Assembly: GCA_963751455.1 (NCBI GenBank)
Contig: CAVVUN010000001.1
Span: 416,001 to 480,000, forward strand
DNA from: Nitrospirota bacterium
Lineage (GTDB): Bacteria > Nitrospirota > UBA9217
Direction: 5' to 3'
Length of the DNA stretch: 64,000 nt
The position numbers and the translations under genes were made by a program. Within the stretch, counting starts at the first letter, position 1. Every line of letters starts with the position of its first letter. Shown here piece after piece: positions 58,871 to 64,000 of the stretch. Under the pieces are notes generated by a model. That model worked only from the letters and a program-made list of their open reading frames with translations, ran no database searches and was not told the origin of the DNA.

Positions 58871-59556
58871 AAATAATCGTCTCTCTTCCCGCCTAAAAAA
58901 GGCACGTTTCTTCGCTTGAACAATCCGATCAGGATTATGCCGGCGACGAAACCTCCGACATGCGCATACCACGCAATGCCCGGCGCTCCCCCGGACATAA
59001 GTGCGCTTACGAACTGAAGCACGAACCAGAACCCGAGAATGAACATAGCAGGAACTTCGATTGTCCTGATATAAAAACCCAGAGCAATAAGTGTCAGTAC
59101 CCGGGCGCGGGGATAGAGCACGAGGTACGCGCCCAGGATCCCTGAAACGGCGCCGCTTGCACCGATCATCGGAACCGCCGAGGTCACATTGGTCAAGGCA
59201 TGACTAAACGCTGCAACAGCGCCGCAGAGAAAATAAAATACCGTAAAACGGATGCGGCCCATGGAATCTTCAATATTGTTGCCGAAGATCCAGAGATACA
59301 GCATGTTCCCGCCTACGTGAAGAAAGCCCCCGTGCAAAAACATCGATGTAAAAACTGCCGTTCCGGCCGGGATGCCGCCTGCGTAAACACCGGAAAAAAG
59401 TTTCCGCGGCACCAAGGCAAACGCTTCTATGAACTGTTCTGCGCCTTCCGGGCCCAGCAACAACTGATAGATAAAAATCGCGATATTCAGAGCGATCAGG
59501 ATGAGCGTCACTACGGGAAAACGCAGGGTCGGATTGATATCTTTTATCGGGATCAA
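58867..59556 (-). CDS. Rhomboid intramembrane serine protease
   Basis: TSMFLHGG..HVGGNM, GASGAVSG and AHVGGF motifs; TTG start. Confidence 0.94.
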   Translation of the reverse strand: MIPIKDINPTLRFPVVTLILIALNIAIFIYQLLLGPEGAEQFIEAFALVPRKLFSGVYAGGIPAGTAVFTSMFLHGGFLHVGGNMLYLWIFGNNIEDSMGRIRFTVFYFLCGAVAAFSHALTNVTSAVPMIGASGAVSGILGAYLVLYPRARVLTLIALGFYIRTIEVPAMFILGFWFVLQFVSALMSGGAPGIAWYAHVGGFVAGIILIGLFKRRNVPFLGGKRDDYL

Positions 59557-59561
59557 CTCAT

Positions 59562-59752
59562 GACCTCTCTGCACACTCCTGTCTGCCCCGGAGTGGAGCC
59601 CCCTCCGGCGGGAGCCGGAGGCGCCCGGGAACAACGCGGCCTCCCGCCTGCACCCAGCGGTTATGAGTGCTACGCCGCGAATGCAGGGTGCGGGTTGCGA
59701 CGTGATTCATAGTCGCGGGATTGAACATACTTCAGCGGATGAACGAAGAGAC
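59562..59752 (-). ncRNA. Candidate structured RNA (possibly 6S RNA)
   Basis: About 190 nt, GC-rich, with several stems, downstream of TTGACA-17-TATCTT; the 5' ctgaagtatgttc can pair with the 3' part. Family not certain. Confidence 0.4.
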
Positions 59753-59765
59753 AAAAATCATCGCC

Positions 59766-59794
59766 AAGATACAAGAAAATAGTTGGTTTGTCAA
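59766..59794 (-). promoter_or_regulatory. Sigma70-type promoter
   Basis: TTGACA(59794-89)-17-TATCTT(59771-66), with TG immediately upstream of the -10. Confidence 0.7.
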
Positions 59795-59819
59795 TGGCAT
59801 GGAAGAGTGATGCAAAAAT

Positions 59820-60371
59820 CTAGGCGGGCGGATGAGAGCATAGTTCAGCGCCCCGCTTCAGCGCTTTCTCATTCAACGGGATTAAACTCTGACGACGGGC
59901 GGGCAGGACCTCTTTGAGAGCGGAAAGAACTGATTCGAGAGCCACAATGCCGTTCTTCTTCAGGTATGCTCCCAGCATCACCATATTCGCTATGCGGGTG
60001 TCCCCGAGCTCTTCTGCAATATCGTTTGCTCTGATTTCGACCCGATTGATGTCCGTTCGCACAGCAGGCTGATGAACCAGAGAGGTATTCAGAAAAAGCG
60101 AGCCCCCCGTCCTGATCCGGTTCTCGAATTTTTTAAATGATGCTTCATTGAAAATCAGCATCGCGGAGGGGTGCTGGAGAACAGGAGAGCCGATTTCACT
60201 GCCGGATATGATGACCGTGCAATTGGCCGTCCCTCCCCGTATCTCGGCGCCATAGGACGGAAACCACGTTACATGCTTTCCCTCGAGCATTCCGGCGTAA
60301 GCCAGGAGTTTGCCTGCGAGCAGGATACCCTGTCCGCCGAAGCCGGCTATCATGACATCGTGGTACATCAA
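59820..60371 (-). CDS. 2-oxoacid:acceptor oxidoreductase gamma subunit
   Basis: [26 protein letters not shown] and ANMVMLGA motifs. Confidence 0.93.
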   Translation of the reverse strand: MMYHDVMIAGFGGQGILLAGKLLAYAGMLEGKHVTWFPSYGAEIRGGTANCTVIISGSEIGSPVLQHPSAMLIFNEASFKKFENRIRTGGSLFLNTSLVHQPAVRTDINRVEIRANDIAEELGDTRIANMVMLGAYLKKNGIVALESVLSALKEVLPARRQSLIPLNEKALKRGAELCSHPPA

Positions 60372-61186
60372 AAAACCTCCGAAGAACGAGGGACGACCGC
60401 TTCGCTGGGACGATGGACGCCCATGCTTTTTTGTCCCTCGTCCTTCGTCCCTCGTCGGTCTTTAAACACTCCCAGAGGATAATACTTCATCATATGATCC
60501 CGGACCCAGTCCAGCGACTGAAGCGGCGTCATCCCCCAGTCAGTCGGGCACAGGGAAAGCACTTCGACGAGGGAAAAACCGCCCCCGTCTATCTGGATTT
60601 TGAACGCCTTCTGAATGGCTCTTTTCGCCGCAAGAACATTTTTGGGGTTATCGACTGAAACACGCTCAATATAGGAAGGACCGTCGAGCGTTGCGAGCAT
60701 TTCACTGATCCGTATCGGATTCCCGTGTTCCTTTGCGTTTCTGCCTGACGGGGTAGTTGTCGTTTTCTGGCCAGGCAGGGTCGTAGGCGCCATCTGGCCG
60801 CCCGTCATGCCGTAATTGCCGTTGTTCACGAATATAACCGTGATATTCTCGCCGCGTGCGGCCGCGTGGATGATCTCCGCCGTACCGATCGCAGCAAGAT
60901 CACCGTCGCCCTGATAGCTGAACACGAAGAGGTCAGGCCTGGAACGCTTCATCCCTGTCGCTATGGCAGGCGGTCTCCCGTGCGGCACTTCGATCATGTC
61001 TATATCGAAGTAATCATACGCAAATACCGCGCAGCCGACCGGAGCGATACCGATCGTCTTGCCGCGTATGCCGAACGCATCTATGGTTTCCGCGACGATG
61101 CGATGCAGGACGCCGTGACTGCAGCCCGGACAATAGCGGAACTGTTTTTCTTTTAAAGAGACCGGCCGCGAAAAAACCTTTTGCAT
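60368..61186 (-). CDS. 2-oxoacid:ferredoxin oxidoreductase beta subunit (TPP-binding)
   Basis: [29 protein letters not shown] and CPT motifs. Confidence 0.94.
   Translation of the reverse strand: MQKVFSRPVSLKEKQFRYCPGCSHGVLHRIVAETIDAFGIRGKTIGIAPVGCAVFAYDYFDIDMIEVPHGRPPAIATGMKRSRPDLFVFSYQGDGDLAAIGTAEIIHAAARGENITVIFVNNGNYGMTGGQMAPTTLPGQKTTTTPSGRNAKEHGNPIRISEMLATLDGPSYIERVSVDNPKNVLAAKRAIQKAFKIQIDGGGFSLVEVLSLCPTDWGMTPLQSLDWVRDHMMKYYPLGVFKDRRGTKDEGQKSMGVHRPSEAVVPRSSEVF
60384..60460. repeat. GACGAGG-family hairpin inside the 3' end of the beta-subunit CDS
   Basis: Shares acgagggacgacc, cttcgc and ggacgatgg with 1563-1656. Confidence 0.75.
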
Positions 61187-61455
61187 GTTCCTCCATGGAT
61201 GATACAATCAAGCACGAACAAGCTGGGAGCAAAGATTTGCAACGAAGGCTCTAAAACGCGAACGATAGATAGATTCATTCAATCCTGTTTTTCTTTGAGA
61301 CTTTGTGTCTCTCTTCGCCCCGCGTCCTCATGCATTGAAACGGAGCGGAGACAGCGAATTCTGTTTTCCCCACTGCATACAGGGAAGAAAAATCCCTTGA
61401 CATTCAACCCTGCTCTCTGTTATTTTATCGTCCTGCCCGATCAAGCCATCCAGAT

Positions 61456-61531
61456 GCCGAGGTAGCTCAGTTGGTAGAGCAGAGGCCTGAAAAGCCTCGT
61501 GTCCGCAGTTCGATTCTGCGCCTCGGCACCA
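61456..61531 (+). tRNA. tRNA-Phe(GAA)
   Basis: Anticodon arm gaggc-ctGAAaa-gcctc, encoded CCA, and TTGACA upstream at 61397. Confidence 0.97.
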
Positions 61532-61550
61532 CTTTCTTTTCACTTCTTTT

Positions 61551-61737
61551 TGTAACCACAGATGAACACGGATTAACATAGATTAAGGAAGTAAGATTCA
61601 TCTTTGTTGATCTGTGGTTAAATGATTTTTTGTTATTTCTTGTCGAAGCCAACCACAGCCACCAAATTAACACAGGTAAAGCAAATTCAAATCAGTTACC
61701 CCTTTGAAGATTCCATCTGTGTTCATCTGTGGTTACA
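61551..61737. repeat. Period-10 double hairpin with a 23-bp outer inverted repeat
   Basis: tgtaaccacagatgaacacggat (61551-73) and atctgtgttcatctgtggttaca (61715-37) differ by one mismatch; an inner arm lies at 61600-61620. Confidence 0.8.
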
Positions 61738-61745
61738 AATTATTG

Positions 61746-63143
61746 TCATTCCGTATCGAACAGCCCCAATTGCAGCATTTTTTCGCCCGGGAACGGCACC
61801 GGGTATTCGCCGTCGAAGCACGCGGCGCAGTAGTTTATCGGATGGGCCACCACTTTCTTCAGTCCCTCAATGCTAATGTAGCCGAGAGTATCCGCCGTTA
61901 TATACTTCCTGATTTCTTCTATACTGTGAGTAGAAGCAATAAGCTCCTGACGAGTCGGCATGTCAATGCCGTAGAAACAGGGATAGGACGTGGGCGGTGA
62001 ACTTATCCTCAAATGCACTTCAGCGGCCCCCGCATCCCTGATCATCTTGATGATCTTCTTGCTCGTCGTGCCGCGCACAATCGAATCATCCACCACGATG
62101 ACCCTTTTTCCTTTCAAAGCGTCTTTTACGGGATTCAGTTTGATCTTGACGCCGAAATGCCTGATCGCCTGCTGCGGCTCGATAAAGGTGCGGCCGACAT
62201 AATGGTTTCTGATGAGCCCCGTATCGAACGGGATTCCCGCCTCTTCGGCGTAACCCAATGCTGCGGGAACGCCCGAATCCGGTACGGGTATGACAACATC
62301 AGCCGGAACGCCTGCCTCCCGGGCGAGTTGTCTCCCGAATTCTTTCCGTATCGAGTACACGTTCTGGCCGAAGACCATGCTGTCCGGCCTCGCAAAATAA
62401 ATAAATTCAAAAATGCAATGGGATGGCTCGGCATGTTGGAACGGAAACGAGGAATGTATGCCATTCCTGTTGATTATGACCATTTCACCGGGGGCAATAT
62501 CCCGGATATACGTTGCTTCGATCAAATCGAAAGCGCACGTCTCCGAGGCGACGACATACGCACCGTCGAGTTCCGCGAGTGAGAGCGGCCTGAACCCGTG
62601 CGTGTCGCGAACCGCGATCAATTCGTCTTCCGTCATAATAAGAAGGCTGTAGGACCCCTGGACGTGGCTGAGAGCGTCGACAATACGTTCATGCAGGGTG
62701 GCCATGCGCGACTGCGCAATGAGGTGGACGATGACTTCCGTATCCGTGGTCGTCACGAATATAGAACCGTAGGCTTCCAACTCGTCTTTCAGTATCCCTG
62801 CATTAACCAGATTGCCGTTATGCGCGATTGCGAGACCGCCAAGGGCAAAGTTTACGAGAATGGGCTGGATGTTGAATGCGAAGCTGCCGCCCGCCGTCGA
62901 ATAGCGGTTGTGGCCTATGGCCATCTGTCCGGGGAGTCTCTTGATCCGGTCCGAACTGAAAATGTCGGCCACGAGGCCCATTGCCTTCTCGCCGAAAAGC
63001 TGTTTCCCGTCGGATGATACGATACCCGCCGATTCCTGGCCCCGATGCTGCAAGGCATAGAGCCCCAGGTACGTAAGGTTTGCGGCGTCCGGGTGGCCGT
63101 AGATCCCGAACACTCCGCATTCTTCGTGAAGCTTGTCGTACAT
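61746..63143 (-). CDS. purF: Amidophosphoribosyltransferase
   Basis: EECGVFG, LQHRGQE, GHNRYST, PVPDSG and [11 protein letters not shown] motifs. Confidence 0.98.
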   Translation of the reverse strand: MYDKLHEECGVFGIYGHPDAANLTYLGLYALQHRGQESAGIVSSDGKQLFGEKAMGLVADIFSSDRIKRLPGQMAIGHNRYSTAGGSFAFNIQPILVNFALGGLAIAHNGNLVNAGILKDELEAYGSIFVTTTDTEVIVHLIAQSRMATLHERIVDALSHVQGSYSLLIMTEDELIAVRDTHGFRPLSLAELDGAYVVASETCAFDLIEATYIRDIAPGEMVIINRNGIHSSFPFQHAEPSHCIFEFIYFARPDSMVFGQNVYSIRKEFGRQLAREAGVPADVVIPVPDSGVPAALGYAEEAGIPFDTGLIRNHYVGRTFIEPQQAIRHFGVKIKLNPVKDALKGKRVIVVDDSIVRGTTSKKIIKMIRDAGAAEVHLRISSPPTSYPCFYGIDMPTRQELIASTHSIEEIRKYITADTLGYISIEGLKKVVAHPINYCAACFDGEYPVPFPGEKMLQLGLFDTE

Positions 63144-63158
63144 AATACATCCTTAATC

Positions 63159-63225
63159 GATACAGGATGCAGGACGCAAGACGCACGACAAAGATGTCGT
63201 AATCATGCATCGTGAATCATGCATC
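63159..63225. repeat. GATGCAG-family period-7 hairpin between purB and purF
   Basis: gatacag gatgcag gacgcaa gacgcac faces aatcatgcatcgtgaatcatgcatc. Confidence 0.72.
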
Positions 63226-64000
63226 ACGTTTTTTTCTTAAACACCCTCTTGAAGATAAAATCGACTTTCTTCAAGGTATGTTTCACGTCGAAACAGTTCT
63301 CTATCTCCCTGATGTTGAGATGTTTCCGGATGTCAGCGTCTTTCTTCAGGCGCTCCTTGAAATCCCCGCCCGTCTTCCAGACTTCCATGGCATTCCGTTG
63401 GACATAGGAATAGGCTGTCTCGCGGGTGATTCCCTTTGCCACGAGCGCCAGCATAACGGTCTCTGAGTGGAACAAACCCTTCGAGATCGACATGTTCCGT
63501 TCCATATTCGCGGGATATACGAAGAGCCTGTCTACCAGGCTGTTGAAACGCGCCAGCATGTAATCGATCAGTATCGTGCTGTCGGGAATGATGATTCGCT
63601 CCACGGAGGAGTGGCTTATGTCCCTTTCATGCCAGAGGGCGACATTTTCCATCGCAGCCAGCGCGTTTGCCCGTACGATCCTCGCAAGGCCGGACAGGTT
63701 CTCGGCTGAAATCGGGTTCCTCTTGTGCGGCATGGCGGAAGAGCCCTTTTGCCCCTCCGAGAAATACTCCTCCGCCTCGAGCACTTCCGTCCTTTGAAGG
63801 TGACGAAGCTCTACCGAGAACTTCTCAATAGACGATGCGACGAGCGCAAGCGAGGTCAAAAACTCGGCGTGCCGGTCACGCTGCACCACCTGGGTTGCAA
63901 CCGGCTCCGGGACAAGACCCAGTTTCCGGCACACATAGGATTCGACAAAAGGATCAATATTTGCAAACGTCCCGACCGCGCCCGAAACCTTTCCGACGCT
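63224..64000 (-). CDS. purB: Adenylosuccinate lyase (5' part outside the window)
   Basis: [22 protein letters not shown] and [13 protein letters not shown] motifs. Confidence 0.97.
   Translation of the reverse strand, partial: SVGKVSGAVGTFANIDPFVESYVCRKLGLVPEPVATQVVQRDRHAEFLTSLALVASSIEKFSVELRHLQRTEVLEAEEYFSEGQKGSSAMPHKRNPISAENLSGLARIVRANALAAMENVALWHERDISHSSVERIIIPDSTILIDYMLARFNSLVDRLFVYPANMERNMSISKGLFHSETVMLALVAKGITRETAYSYVQRNAMEVWKTGGDFKERLKKDADIRKHLNIREIENCFDVKHTLKKVDFIFKRVFKKKT

Noticed and set aside
61238-61330. Possible period-8 hairpin upstream of the beta subunit gene
   Set aside because: Too degenerate to delimit by eye, so it is not counted among the repeat elements.

Overview
A 64-kb bacterial chromosomal segment from a Gram-negative organism. 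Gene content is compatible with Nitrospirota or Desulfobacterota, but this is inference. The housekeeping backbone comprises hflX, pmbA, queD, lnt, prfB (+1 frameshift), an amidase, thrS-infC-rpmI-rplT, an RpoS-like sigma factor, a rhomboid protease, 2-oxoacid oxidoreductase beta and gamma subunits, purF, purB and four tRNAs (Val-GAC, Arg-CCT, Pro-CGG, Phe-GAA). Accessory blocks: (i) an NHEJ/general-stress cluster (1-4.6 kb); (ii) a TonB receptor - 30-aa Cys/Trp peptide (missed by the ORF track) - radical SAM/SPASM - periplasmic binding protein - hybrid kinase - two response regulators, resembling a RiPP-based signalling circuit; (iii) two adjacent genes carrying three Hfq-like domains; (iv) an AT-rich islet of exported proteins; (v) a 3186-aa surface protein followed by a TPR/barrel - FecR - SBBP lipoprotein - CHASE2 cyclase module; (vi) a tandem array of three 2-2.8 kb integrase-less cassettes behind tRNA-Arg(CCT), each closed by a copy of the tRNA 3' half and sharing conserved ends. 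Intergenic spaces also carry many hairpins built from short-period (7/10 nt) repeats, one of them translated. hflX and infC both appear to start at ATC.
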